This document shows positions 1 to 10,092 of a DNA stretch of 64,000 nt, piece by piece. Location: IMG/VR virus record IMGVR_UViG_3300032240_001244, positions 1 to 64,000 of that record; one strand, given 5' to 3'. The number at the start of each line of letters is the position of its first letter. Within the stretch, counting starts at the first letter, position 1. A model generated the notes under the pieces. The model worked only from the letters and a program-made list of their open reading frames with translations. It was not told where the DNA came from and searched no databases. Source of the stretch: a virus. The translations under genes were made by a program, and so were the position numbers.

Positions 1-3000
1 CCATTAAAAATATCAGGCCATACATTACAAGCTAGTGGTAGTTCACCAACATTAAGTATTAAAAAATCAAGCGGTACTGCTTACAATAATGGATCTAACT
101 ATGTTAATAATCCAAATCATCCATCATTAACATCTGATCCTGATATTAATATATCTAAAATTTATCGTTATTATATTTCTGGATCTACTCCTATAATTGA
201 CACTGGTATTGCAAATGCTGGATATACAGCAATTGATAGTAAACAATATGTTGACACAACAACAGGAACTTTAACTGCAGTAGGTGCGGGTTTTTTTAGT
301 ATTCAAAGAGTTTTTTGGATTCCAAATTCACCAACAAATGCCTTTATTGTTTATTATGGTAATGCTAGATACGGTAATTTAGTAGATGCAAAAAATGGTA
401 TTGATACTGAAACTTTTTTAGAAGCTCCTAATACTGCTCAAAACGGAATATTATTAGGGTATATTATTATTCAAGGTGGAGGAGCAGGAACCCCAGCGCG
501 TGACTTATTAAACGCTAGTGAAGCCGCTATTATTCAAGCTGGATTATTTAGAAATGTAGGAGGAATAGGGTCATCAGGTACCGCTCCTATAGCCAGTACA
601 TTAGCTGGACTTGCAGATGTATCCATTGCTAGTAGAACATCTGGTGATTTATTAGTTTATAATGGAGCTCTATGGGTTAATAATAAAACATTAACTGGTA
701 ACTATAGTATTACAGGTTCTTTATCTGTAAAAGACCTAACTCTTAACTCAGGATTAACTAGATTTGTAGTATCAGATCCAACTACTGGTCAATTATATTA
801 TAATAACGCAGGTGCGGCAGGTTCTTCTGGAACCTCAGGAACAAGTGGTTCCTCAGGATCATCTGGCTCTAGCGGTTCTACAGGTTCTAGTGGAACCTCA
901 GGTAGTACAGGTACGTCTGGAAGCACGGGTACATCAGGTACTAGTGGTAGTTCTGGATCCACAGGTACATCAGGTAGTTCTGGCTCTTCTGGTCAAAATG
1001 GATCTTCTGGATCTTCCGGTAGTACTGGTACATCCGGTTCTACAGGTTCTAGTGGATCAAGTGGTTCAACTGGTACTAGTGGCAGTTCAGGAACTTCTGG
1101 TCAAAATGGATCTTCGGGTAGTTCAGGAAGTAGCGGATCAACAGGTACTAGCGGATCTAGTGGTTCAACAGGGTCTTCTGGTTCTAGTGGATCTACAGGT
1201 ACCAGTGGCACATCAGGTTCTACAGGTTCATCGGGTAGTTCTGGAAGTTCGGGACAAAACGGTTCTTCAGGTAGTTCAGGATCAAGTGGGTCAACAGGTA
1301 CTTCAGGAACATCTGGATCTACTGGTAGTTCTGGTTCGTCTGGCTCTAGTGGCACAACAGGAACTTCTGGATCAACTGGATCTTCTGGAAGTGCTGGCTC
1401 ATCTGGTAGTTCTGGTCAAAATGGATCATCTGGCTCATCTGGATCAACAGGTACTAGTGGATCAAGTGGAAGTACAGGAACATCAGGATCTAGCGGTTCT
1501 ACAGGTACCTCTGGTTCTACTGGTTCTTCAGGCTCTACTGGTTCTTCAGGGTCAACTGGTACATCTGGTACATCGGGTAGTTCTGGAAGTAGCGGAAGTA
1601 CAGGAACTTCTGGAACTAGCGGATCATCCGGAACAGGATTTACTACAATAAACAATCCTGCTATAGGTAGAGTCCTTTTAGCAGATGCAACAACTAACGC
1701 AGCAACTGCATCAGCAATTCTTACCGTTGATAATGGAGCAGTTAGTGCATCTGGTAGTATGTTTATTACAGGATCCTTAACTGTTACTAATACTATTAAC
1801 GCTCTAACATTAGTAGTACAGACCATATCATCATCTATAGAATTTGTAACTGGATCTACTCATTTCGGATCTACTATTAGTAACACTCACGAATTTACTG
1901 GTAGTGTAAAAATAAGTGGATCTTTGTTTATAAATGGTACATCATACACAGCTGCTACATCTGGAACTAGTGGATCATCCGGAAGCTCTGGATCAACAGG
2001 CTCTTCAGGTAGTACAGGATCATCTGGCTCTAGCGGATCAACAGGAACAAGTGGTTCATCAGGTTCTACAGGTACTTCTGGTTCTACAGGTACATCGGGT
2101 AGTTCTGGAAGTAGTGGTTCAACAGGAACCTCTGGATCTACAGGCACATCAGGATCTAGCGGATCTTCAGGTACCTCTGGTCAAAATGGTTCCTCTGGTT
2201 CCTCAGGAAGTAGTGGTTCAACAGGGACTTCAGGATCCACAGGTAGTTCTGGTTCTACTGGTTCTTCAGGCTCTACTGGTACATCAGGATCATCTGGAAG
2301 TACTGGTTCATCGGGTAGTTCTGGTCAAAATGGTTCTTCTGGATCATCTGGTTCAACCGGTACCTCAGGTACATCCGGATCTACAGGAACATCAGGCAGT
2401 AGTGGATCAACGGGAACATCAGGTTCTACAGGAACTAGTGGATCATCTGGCTCTTCTGGAAGCTCAGGATCTAGTGGAATTAATGGTACAAGCGGTACTT
2501 CCGGTAGCTCTGGTAGTACAGGTACTTCAGGCTCAACTGGAAGTAGTGGTTCAACAGGATCTTCAGGGAGCACAGGCACATCAGGATCTAGCGGTTCTAC
2601 AGGAACTAGTGGATCTTCTGGAACATCTGGATCTAGTGGCTCATCAGGTTCCACAGGTACTAGCGGTACTTCTGGTTCAACAGGATCTTCGGGATCTAGT
2701 GGTACAGGGTTTAACACAATTAATAGCCCAGCTATAGGTAGGGTATTATTAGCAGATAACTCTACTAATGCAGCAACAGCTTCTGCCAACTTAATATATA
2801 CAACTAGCGTATTTGCTATCAATTCAGCTTTATCTTCCTCAGAAAATACTTTAATTGTAGGTTTACCAGGAGGTGGAGGTGCTGGTGAAGGTGGACAGAT
2901 ACTACTACAAGCAAGCGGAGGACTTTATACTTCTGCTTCAATGCTTGATAATTACCAGAACAGACTTAGAATATTAAGAGGATCTAATGCAGGTAGTGAT

Positions 3001-3891
3001 TCAGAAATAGCTAGCTATAGTATGCAGACCGGTCAACTAGTAATAAACAGGTATACAGGCTCAGGAGCATTTCCAGGTACTCCGGCTGGGTACCTAGCAG
3101 TTGATACTAGCGGTAATGTATTAACAGTATCGGGTAGTGCTGGAGGCGGAGCTAATGGCTCGTCAGGCTCTAGCGGTACTTCTGGTACATCAGGATCTTC
3201 TGGTACAAGTGGAAGCACTGGATCAAGCGGTTCTACAGGATCCTCAGGTAGTACTGGAACAAGCGGATCTTCTGGTAGTACTGGAAGTTCAGGTTCTAGT
3301 GGATCAACTGGCACTAGCGGTAGTTCTGGATCTACAGGTACGTCTGGAAGTTCAGGTTCTTCTGGAACATCAGGAGCTACTACACTCTTGACAATAGGAG
3401 ATGAAGGAGTTACACAAGGAACAGCAGCTTATTTAAATTTCACAGGACCTGGAGTATCAGCCACTGTAACATCTAATACAGCATCTATAAATATAGCAAC
3501 TTTTCCATACACAGGATCAGCTATTATATCTGGATCCTTATCTGTAACAGGTTCTATAGGAACAACTAGCACTTTAAACGTAAGCAGTTCACTGTTCAGT
3601 AATACATCGTCCTTAACATCAGCAGGTACTACTGTAGTATCTTCAATACCAACAGGATCCTATACAGCAGCATTCTATCAATATACGATAGCTTCTGCAT
3701 CAAATGCAAGAGCTGGACAAATAATGTCAGTATGGAGTGGTAGCGTAGTTAGATATACTGAAGTAACAACTACTGATATAGGAACTACAACAACTGCTTC
3801 TTTTGCTGTATCAATGTCAAATACAAATATAAATTTGAACTTCTCAGCACCTGGAGTTTGGACAGTTAAAACTATTGCAAACTTGATATAA
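1..3891 (+). CDS. Large fibre-like virion protein with Gly-X-Y (X,Y = Ser/Thr) triplet repeats; 5' end outside window
   Basis: Frame 1 is open from base 1 (PLKISGHTLQASG...) into the track ORF 1759..3891, so the track start is internal; three GSS/GTS/GST blocks; ITGSL-type motifs. Confidence 0.8.
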   Translation, partial: PLKISGHTLQASGSSPTLSIKKSSGTAYNNGSNYVNNPNHPSLTSDPDINISKIYRYYISGSTPIIDTGIANAGYTAIDSKQYVDTTTGTLTAVGAGFFSIQRVFWIPNSPTNAFIVYYGNARYGNLVDAKNGIDTETFLEAPNTAQNGILLGYIIIQGGGAGTPARDLLNASEAAIIQAGLFRNVGGIGSSGTAPIASTLAGLADVSIASRTSGDLLVYNGALWVNNKTLTGNYSITGSLSVKDLTLNSGLTRFVVSDPTTGQLYYNNAGAAGSSGTSGTSGSSGSSGSSGSTGSSGTSGSTGTSGSTGTSGTSGSSGSTGTSGSSGSSGQNGSSGSSGSTGTSGSTGSSGSSGSTGTSGSSGTSGQNGSSGSSGSSGSTGTSGSSGSTGSSGSSGSTGTSGTSGSTGSSGSSGSSGQNGSSGSSGSSGSTGTSGTSGSTGSSGSSGSSGTTGTSGSTGSSGSAGSSGSSGQNGSSGSSGSTGTSGSSGSTGTSGSSGSTGTSGSTGSSGSTGSSGSTGTSGTSGSSGSSGSTGTSGTSGSSGTGFTTINNPAIGRVLLADATTNAATASAILTVDNGAVSASGSMFITGSLTVTNTINALTLVVQTISSSIEFVTGSTHFGSTISNTHEFTGSVKISGSLFINGTSYTAATSGTSGSSGSSGSTGSSGSTGSSGSSGSTGTSGSSGSTGTSGSTGTSGSSGSSGSTGTSGSTGTSGSSGSSGTSGQNGSSGSSGSSGSTGTSGSTGSSGSTGSSGSTGTSGSSGSTGSSGSSGQNGSSGSSGSTGTSGTSGSTGTSGSSGSTGTSGSTGTSGSSGSSGSSGSSGINGTSGTSGSSGSTGTSGSTGSSGSTGSSGSTGTSGSSGSTGTSGSSGTSGSSGSSGSTGTSGTSGSTGSSGSSGTGFNTINSPAIGRVLLADNSTNAATASANLIYTTSVFAINSALSSSENTLIVGLPGGGGAGEGGQILLQASGGLYTSASMLDNYQNRLRILRGSNAGSDSEIASYSMQTGQLVINRYTGSGAFPGTPAGYLAVDTSGNVLTVSGSAGGGANGSSGSSGTSGTSGSSGTSGSTGSSGSTGSSGSTGTSGSSGSTGSSGSSGSTGTSGSSGSTGTSGSSGSSGTSGATTLLTIGDEGVTQGTAAYLNFTGPGVSATVTSNTASINIATFPYTGSAIISGSLSVTGSIGTTSTLNVSSSLFSNTSSLTSAGTTVVSSIPTGSYTAAFYQYTIASASNARAGQIMSVWSGSVVRYTEVTTTDIGTTTTASFAVSMSNTNINLNFSAPGVWTVKTIANLI
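820..1638 (+). repeat. Gly-X-Y Ser/Thr repeat block 1
   Basis: Continuous GSS/GTS/GST triplets with periodic GQN; codon-degenerate. Confidence 0.9.
1957..2709 (+). repeat. Gly-X-Y Ser/Thr repeat block 2
   Basis: Same triplet pattern; followed by linker TGFNTINSPAIGRVLLAD, a copy of TGFTTINNPAIGRVLLAD after block 1. Confidence 0.9.
3154..3375 (+). repeat. Gly-X-Y Ser/Thr repeat block 3
   Basis: Same triplet pattern, shorter. Confidence 0.85.
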
Positions 3892-4745
3892 TGCCAATAT
3901 CATTTTTAAATACAAATAATTCAGGCAATATAGCACTATTAAATACCAATAATAGTGGTAGAGTATCAATGGCCATAGCAGGTTCAACACAAAATGGTTT
4001 GAGTGCAGAAACAGCAGGAAATTCTGCATATCAAATTAAAACTGATTTCCCAGCATCTACTGATGGGTTATATTGGATTAAAAATCCAAATATTAATAAC
4101 GGTTCTGCTTTTCAAATTTACGCAGATATGACAACTGCCGGTGGTGGTTGGACATTGATAATGCAAAACAATTACAATGGTGGTACTTGGAATCAAACTA
4201 ATGGGATATTATTAAACCAAACAATACCTCCTGTAACTTTACAAACAGGAATTGGAGCAGATGCTTCAAATAACTATAGCATTATTGGATGGGCTGACTA
4301 TATAAAGAGTTCACCTTCTAGTTTCCAATATATGTTCGATGCATATATTAGAGGGTATTATGGTGGAATATGGGAAGCAAATGAAAATTATAGTTTTACC
4401 GGTTCAGTTGATGCAACACAATATTCAATATCAGGTTCGGCATACTTTGGAAGTGATGTAATAGCAGGTTCAGATGGATTTAGACAAAATATAACTGAAA
4501 TACAAAAATTTCCTATATACCCATCTGGGATTTGGGATTATAGTAATGATGGTATAGAACATAGAATGCCTTGGTATTCAAACTATTCAAATTTTTATGT
4601 TGGAAACGCAGTCATTACTACAACACATGATGATGATGGTAGTTGGTGGGGTACTTTAATTACGGATAATAATTGGAATCCAACACCTTGGATGTCCGCT
4701 TATGGCATGGCCGATCCAGGAGTTGTTTGGTATTGGGTAAGATAG
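3891..4745 (+). CDS. Fibrinogen C-terminal/intelectin-like domain protein, probable virion lectin
   Basis: DGLYWIK...FQIYADMTTAGGGWTLIM matches the fibrinogen-like N-terminal motif (DGxY...YCDMxTxGGGWT). Confidence 0.65.
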   Translation: MPISFLNTNNSGNIALLNTNNSGRVSMAIAGSTQNGLSAETAGNSAYQIKTDFPASTDGLYWIKNPNINNGSAFQIYADMTTAGGGWTLIMQNNYNGGTWNQTNGILLNQTIPPVTLQTGIGADASNNYSIIGWADYIKSSPSSFQYMFDAYIRGYYGGIWEANENYSFTGSVDATQYSISGSAYFGSDVIAGSDGFRQNITEIQKFPIYPSGIWDYSNDGIEHRMPWYSNYSNFYVGNAVITTTHDDDGSWWGTLITDNNWNPTPWMSAYGMADPGVVWYWVR

Positions 4746-4777
4746 TTTTTATAATAAAAAATATAAAGTGTAGTCAT

Positions 4778-5464
4778 ATGGGTTTTTACGATGGATCTAA
4801 AATTATTACCGACGGATTGGTGTTATCGTTAGATGCAGCTGATCTAAATTCTTATCCTGGTAGTGGAACTGTGTGGAATGATTTAAGTGGAAATAGTAAT
4901 AACTGCACATTAGTAAATAGTCCAACATTTACTAGTGCAAACCAAGGAAATTTTCTTCTTAACGGCAGTAACCAAAATATTACAGTTCCTATAACATCTA
5001 TACCTACAGGAAATCAAATAAGTATAAGTTTTTGGTCTAAACTAACTAACATATCTCCAACTTTTAGTTCAATTATTGAAGGTGTTGATGCTACTAATGC
5101 TAGAGTAGTTAATATTCATGCGCCTTTTGATTTTAATGCTATTGTATACTGGGATTGTGGAGGCGATAGAATACAATCAAGCGCATTAACAGTTGCTCAA
5201 AGAACAGGATGGCATCATTATACTTGTACTAAAAATGCAACAACTGGTATAATGGTTGTATATCTAGACAATAGTACTTTAATATCAGGTACAGGTAAAA
5301 TATTATCTATGATAGCCTGTACAACAGTAAAAATAGGAAGTTATTATAATAACACTAATTACTATGCGGGAAATGTAAGTCTATTCTCAATATATAATCG
5401 AGCCTTATCAGCAGATGAAGTATCTCAAAACTACAACGCACAAAAATCACGCTTCGGCTTATAG
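4778..5464 (+). CDS. LamG/concanavalin A-like lectin domain protein, paralogue 1
   Basis: GLVLSLDAAD..SYPGSGTVW.DLSGN, ISISFW, WHHYT, IYNRALSADEVSQNY; ATG at 4778 preferred over the track start. Confidence 0.8.
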   Translation: MGFYDGSKIITDGLVLSLDAADLNSYPGSGTVWNDLSGNSNNCTLVNSPTFTSANQGNFLLNGSNQNITVPITSIPTGNQISISFWSKLTNISPTFSSIIEGVDATNARVVNIHAPFDFNAIVYWDCGGDRIQSSALTVAQRTGWHHYTCTKNATTGIMVVYLDNSTLISGTGKILSMIACTTVKIGSYYNNTNYYAGNVSLFSIYNRALSADEVSQNYNAQKSRFGL

Positions 5465-5473
5465 TTATAATAT

Positions 5474-6211
5474 ATGGCAACACAATACGCTTTTGGACAA
5501 ATAGTAACAAACGGATTAGTACTATCTTGGGATGCTGCCGATAAGAATTCTTATCCTGGTAGTGGAACTGTATGGAGTAATTTAAGCGGATATGTTATTA
5601 GTGGGTCTTTAATTTCCGGATCTTTTCAAAATTCTCCTACGTATAATGTGTCTAATGGAGGAAACATCGTTTTTGATGGAACAAATCAAGTAGTTGTGCC
5701 TCAATACACAGGTAGTATTATAACTACAAATAACTTTACTATAGAAGTATGGTGTAGACCAACTTCTACTATCACGATTGCATCAGAAGCGACAACAGGT
5801 TTTGGAGCTTTTAGTGGAGAAAGATTTGTTACAGAACCCTATTTTGGAAGTTCTACAGATTGCGGTGCAGGCGTGTCAGTAGGAACAAATGGAATAGCAG
5901 TGGTAGAACACGCGGGTAGCTACATACCAGCTTTATTAAGTTATAATGGTTCTGTTTCAAGCACAGCATTTTCTCAAATAGTTGTTACTTATACGAACAA
6001 ACAACCAAGAGCTTATCTTAATACTAATTTAGTAAGAACAGGACTAACTAGCGCTAGAAGCGCAGTAAATTTAACAGTAGGACAAATTGGAGGAATGCAA
6101 TATGGATGGTTCGCAGGAGGAATAGCTATTGTTAAATTCTATACTAGAGTATTAAGTACTGATGAAATCACTCAAAACTACAACGCACAAAAATCACGCT
6201 TCGGCTTATAA
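5474..6211 (+). CDS. LamG/concanavalin A-like lectin domain protein, paralogue 2
   Basis: GLVLSWDAAD..SYPGSG, FTIEVW, FYTRVLSTDEITQNYNAQKSRFGL. Confidence 0.8.
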   Translation: MATQYAFGQIVTNGLVLSWDAADKNSYPGSGTVWSNLSGYVISGSLISGSFQNSPTYNVSNGGNIVFDGTNQVVVPQYTGSIITTNNFTIEVWCRPTSTITIASEATTGFGAFSGERFVTEPYFGSSTDCGAGVSVGTNGIAVVEHAGSYIPALLSYNGSVSSTAFSQIVVTYTNKQPRAYLNTNLVRTGLTSARSAVNLTVGQIGGMQYGWFAGGIAIVKFYTRVLSTDEITQNYNAQKSRFGL

Positions 6212-6214
6212 TAA

Positions 6215-6961
6215 ATGGGAATATTAGGTGGACCATATATAAATAGAGATAGCAGCTTAATATTAGAATTAGATGCTGCTGATAAAAATAGTTATGTTTC
6301 TGGATCTACTATTTGGAATGATTTAAGTGGAAACGGAAATAACGCTGCTCTAACAGCTGCAACGTTTAGTACCTCTAGTAATAATGCTATTAATTTTAAT
6401 AGAAGCAATAATACTAGAGCTATTGTTTCTTCATTAAATTTAAGTACGACATCTGCAATAACTATAAATATGTGGGTTAAAATATTTTCTTTTCCTAGTG
6501 CTGGAGATTATAGATTTTTAACCGAGTTAAGCGAAAATTACAATTCGTATTCTGATAGTTTCTTTATAAACCTCCAAGTTGAATCATCAAATGTTGTATG
6601 GTTAACACAAGATAAAGGAAACATAGGATATAATGCTAAAAATTTAATAAGTCCACTTCCAGTAACTGGATCTTGGTATCATTTTACAGCCGTATACGAT
6701 CATAGCCAAGCAGCATCAAATCAAAGAACTCTTTATATAAATGGGCAGAATCAGACTAACATAGGTAGTACTGATGGAGGAGCCACTTATAATTCGGCTA
6801 ACACTAATAATTTTGGAAATAGACCTTTATATATAGGTGGAAGATCTACTACTTCATTTTCTTCTGATATGGATTTAGGAGTATTTCAAATATATAATAG
6901 ACCACTTTCAGCAACAGAAATCCTTCAAAACTACAACGCACAAAAATCACGATATTTATAA
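6215..6961 (+). CDS. LamG/concanavalin A-like lectin domain protein, paralogue 3
   Basis: LILELDAAD, ITINMWVK, WYHFTAVYD, LYING, IYNRPLSATEILQNY. Confidence 0.8.
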   Translation: MGILGGPYINRDSSLILELDAADKNSYVSGSTIWNDLSGNGNNAALTAATFSTSSNNAINFNRSNNTRAIVSSLNLSTTSAITINMWVKIFSFPSAGDYRFLTELSENYNSYSDSFFINLQVESSNVVWLTQDKGNIGYNAKNLISPLPVTGSWYHFTAVYDHSQAASNQRTLYINGQNQTNIGSTDGGATYNSANTNNFGNRPLYIGGRSTTSFSSDMDLGVFQIYNRPLSATEILQNYNAQKSRYL

Positions 6962-6993
6962 ATAACTGTCGGAAAGTGAAAACAGTATAACAT

Positions 6994-8724
6994 ATGGCAA
7001 ACGAATTTAGAATAAAAAATGGCGTCTTAGTAGATCAGGGAGGGGCCAGTATAACAGGTTCCTCAGCTATTTCAGGATCTTTAGGAATATTATCATCAGG
7101 ATCAAATGTAGTAACTGTAGACGGGTCGTCAGGTAGATTATTTACAATAAATGATTCCCTTTCAGGATCTTTATTCTCAGTTAATACAATTGCAGGTTTA
7201 CCTGTAATAGAAGCTTTTTCAGATAATACAGTACGTATAGGTCAATACGGTCAAAAAGCTTTATACGTATCTCAATCAAAAGTTGGCATAGGTAATGAAA
7301 TTCCGGGAGGTAAATTTGATATTACTTATGGAGGACTCCTTAATGATCCTACAATTCTTGTAGGAGCTGATGACACAGGAGGAAATACTAGAACAAACAA
7401 TACAACAAAAATAGCTAGGATAGCAGGACCCCATTATAACAACAGTGCTACATCTTCTACTATATTAATAGCTGATTCAAATGCTACATCTAATAGGGTG
7501 TTTATTGGAGGCGGATCAGCATATATGAATGCAGCTACGGACATTAGATTCTTTGTTGGAGCTACTACAGCCTCATTAACAGGAACTGAACAAATGAGAA
7601 TTAGTTCTGGGTCTATAATAGTTACGTCTGCGTCAGTTTCTATTACAGGATCTATAGGGGGAAATATGGAAACACGCAGACTTGTGTACGGATCCATACT
7701 TGTTGATCCAGTAACAGATCAAAATGACTATAACCCAACAGGATGGAATGGTACAGACCCTAATAAAACAACCACAATAAACATAAGTAGTAGTAACTCT
7801 GTTAAGATTACAGGATTGACAGGAGGAGTAGATGGCAGGGTAGCCATTATAAGAAACGTATCCCCAGATCGTTTAGTAATATTAGAAGATTCATCATCAC
7901 TATCTACAGCAGGAAATAGGTTTGACTTTAGAAATCCGATATTTTTAATACCAGGAGAAACTGTTGAAATTATATACAGTGGTTATAGTTCTACATGGAC
8001 ATCTATAGGATCCTCAGGAGGTATAGGATATTCAAGTTTCTTTAATGAGGTGGATGACTTTGCAGGACAGTTTGCAGGAGTTGGTGTAGGTAGTCCTTTT
8101 GTTGCCGTAGTCAGTGGAGCTGCAGCAACAGCTTCTATAAGCTCATATCTACAAAACACAACTGAAAAACCACTAGGAATAGTACAAGGAGCTACTGGTA
8201 CAACTACTACAGGTCGTGTAAATATAGGATATTTGTCGTCTTCAGTAGTAATACCACAACAAGGCCAAGCTATATGTTTAAGTAGGGTAGCTACTCAACA
8301 ATTATCAACTACTGCACAGACTTATTTAATGTATTCTGGTTGGCATGATTCCGCAGTAAACCCTATATCTGCGTCTAATGGGATATTTTGGAGGTTCCTA
8401 AGTGGATCCAGTGGATTTCTTAGCAATAGATGGATACCAGCTGCCGCATCATCCTCGCTAACAATAACATCATCTATATATGGACCAGTAGCTGATTTAA
8501 CTTATGCATGGTTAGGTATATATGTTGATTCTACTTGGAAAAGAGCTACTTATTTCTATTCTACAGATAGTTTGGTATGGACTATAACAGCTGAAATAGC
8601 ATCCACTGCTCCTTTTTCTGTGCCTACTGGTTTCGGAGTGCACATAGGAAAACTGGTAGGAACTACTTCAGTCTTAAACTCAGTGGATTTTCTAGGACAT
8701 AGATACGATATTAGTAGGGGATAA
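6994..8724 (+). CDS. Putative tail fibre/virion structural protein
   Basis: Gly/Ser/Thr-rich beta-type sequence, VGIG and EQMRISS fibre-like motifs, position in fibre cluster. Confidence 0.6.
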   Translation: MANEFRIKNGVLVDQGGASITGSSAISGSLGILSSGSNVVTVDGSSGRLFTINDSLSGSLFSVNTIAGLPVIEAFSDNTVRIGQYGQKALYVSQSKVGIGNEIPGGKFDITYGGLLNDPTILVGADDTGGNTRTNNTTKIARIAGPHYNNSATSSTILIADSNATSNRVFIGGGSAYMNAATDIRFFVGATTASLTGTEQMRISSGSIIVTSASVSITGSIGGNMETRRLVYGSILVDPVTDQNDYNPTGWNGTDPNKTTTINISSSNSVKITGLTGGVDGRVAIIRNVSPDRLVILEDSSSLSTAGNRFDFRNPIFLIPGETVEIIYSGYSSTWTSIGSSGGIGYSSFFNEVDDFAGQFAGVGVGSPFVAVVSGAAATASISSYLQNTTEKPLGIVQGATGTTTTGRVNIGYLSSSVVIPQQGQAICLSRVATQQLSTTAQTYLMYSGWHDSAVNPISASNGIFWRFLSGSSGFLSNRWIPAAASSSLTITSSIYGPVADLTYAWLGIYVDSTWKRATYFYSTDSLVWTITAEIASTAPFSVPTGFGVHIGKLVGTTSVLNSVDFLGHRYDISRG

Positions 8725-8793
8725 AAAAATATATATTAATAATATAAAATTGTATATTTGTATATATTTATTATAGAACAAAAACAATAATTT

Positions 8794-9033
8794 ATGAGTT
8801 TACTAGTTATCGTCTTAGTAGCTGCTTTAATTATAGGAGCTATAGTTGCAGCAAATAGCAAGTCAAAAGTAGAAGAAGTACCAGAACCTATTGTAAAAGA
8901 GAATTTCTACAAAGTAGCAGATCAATTAGAAGAAGCGCCAGTTAAGGCAGCTCCTGTAAAGAAAGCAAAAACCGCTACTAAACCAGTAGCTAAGACAAGC
9001 GCAAATAAAGCCTCAGCTAAAAAATTAAAATAG
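8794..9033 (+). CDS. Small membrane-anchored protein with Lys/Ala/Pro-rich tail
   Basis: N-terminal hydrophobic helix; KAAPVKKAKTATK tail. Confidence 0.7.
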   Translation: MSLLVIVLVAALIIGAIVAANSKSKVEEVPEPIVKENFYKVADQLEEAPVKAAPVKKAKTATKPVAKTSANKASAKKLK

Positions 9034-9036
9034 CAT

Positions 9037-9504
9037 ATGCAAAAAGTTTCTTTAAAAATCTATGAGATATTAGCTCTAGATGTAGATCTCAATGGTTTTA
9101 CTGATCCACAAACTGGAAAATTAGTGTCTGAAGGAATATTAAGCAAGGATTTAAAACTTACTGTAAAGTATTGGTTGAGTGATCTTGCTGATAAAGTCAG
9201 TAAAGAAAAAGAAAAAATCGCGAAGCTAAGGGAAGATATTATTAAGAAGTTTGGAACTCAAGATGAAAAGGGAGGGGTATTCATCCCAATGTACATAAAT
9301 CAAGTGTTGGATGAAGAGGGTAAAGTAGTATCAGCTGACATAAACCCAGCATATGATAATTTCCAAAAAGAATATCAATTACTTTTAGAAGAGAGGGTAG
9401 ATTTAGAATGTAAAGAATTTACACTATCTGAATTAGAAGGGGTAACTATTAAAGATCTTCCTAAGGTATTTTTTAAATTAATAGTAAAAGAAGAAAGTGA
9501 ATAA
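9037..9504 (+). CDS. Hypothetical phage protein
   Basis: 155 aa ORF in operon packing. Confidence 0.7.
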   Translation: MQKVSLKIYEILALDVDLNGFTDPQTGKLVSEGILSKDLKLTVKYWLSDLADKVSKEKEKIAKLREDIIKKFGTQDEKGGVFIPMYINQVLDEEGKVVSADINPAYDNFQKEYQLLLEERVDLECKEFTLSELEGVTIKDLPKVFFKLIVKEESE

Positions 9505-9730
9505 ACTATTAGAAATAGCATCAGCATGGATTGCTGCTGCAAATCCTAATGAGGCGGATAAAGAAAAGGCTGAGAAAAGGATTGAAGTGTGTAATGGGTG
9601 TGAAGAGAACAAGCTTAGCGAATTATTGGAATACCATTACTGTGGTAAATGTGGGTGCCCCCTCAAAAAGAAAATCTTTTCTCCACTACCTGGAAAAGAA
9701 GCATGCCCTTTAGCTAAGTGGGAAATATAA
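9497..9730 (+). CDS. Small Cys-rich putative metal-binding protein
   Basis: RIEVCNGC...CGKCGCPL...CPLAKW. Confidence 0.7.
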   Translation: MNKLLEIASAWIAAANPNEADKEKAEKRIEVCNGCEENKLSELLEYHYCGKCGCPLKKKIFSPLPGKEACPLAKWEI

Positions 9731-9739
9731 AAAAAAGTT

Positions 9740-10012
9740 ATGCCAGAAACAAAAATGCTTACATCAGAAGAGATCGTTAAATTAAAAGATCTTAATAAAA
9801 ATTTCGGAAAAACCTTAAATTCTTTAGGTGATATAGAGATTAAATTAAATCTATTAAAACAAAAAGAAGTAGAATTACTTAAAGATAAGGAAGGATTGCT
9901 ATCCGATTATAATACTTTAAGGGGTCAAGAGACCGAAATAACCAGCCAACTGCTAGAAAAGTATGGCGAAGGTCAAATAGATATAGAATCAGGAAAAATA
10001 GAGTTATTATAA
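9740..10012 (+). CDS. Coiled-coil hypothetical protein
   Basis: Heptad Leu pattern; ends KYGEGQIDIESG. Confidence 0.7.
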   Translation: MPETKMLTSEEIVKLKDLNKNFGKTLNSLGDIEIKLNLLKQKEVELLKDKEGLLSDYNTLRGQETEITSQLLEKYGEGQIDIESGKIELL

Positions 10013-10092
10013 AGTAGGTTTTGTCATTTTTGCTGAAAAATAGTGATATTTATTAACGTATCAATACATATATTTTTCAAACTTTATAGAAA

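Noticed and set aside
820-2709. Repeat region as a CRISPR array or DNA-level tandem repeat
   Set aside because: Periodicity is 9 nt, codon-degenerate and coding; no constant repeat with unique spacers
812-3391. Track ORFs rich in V/L/Q/D (+) or P/E/V/D (-) overlapping the repeat blocks
   Set aside because: Alternative-frame shadows of the Gly-Ser/Thr repeats; the real gene is frame 1, 1..3891
4778-6961. Diversity-generating retroelement acting on the lectin genes
   Set aside because: No reverse transcriptase in the window and the repeats are identical rather than differing at adenines
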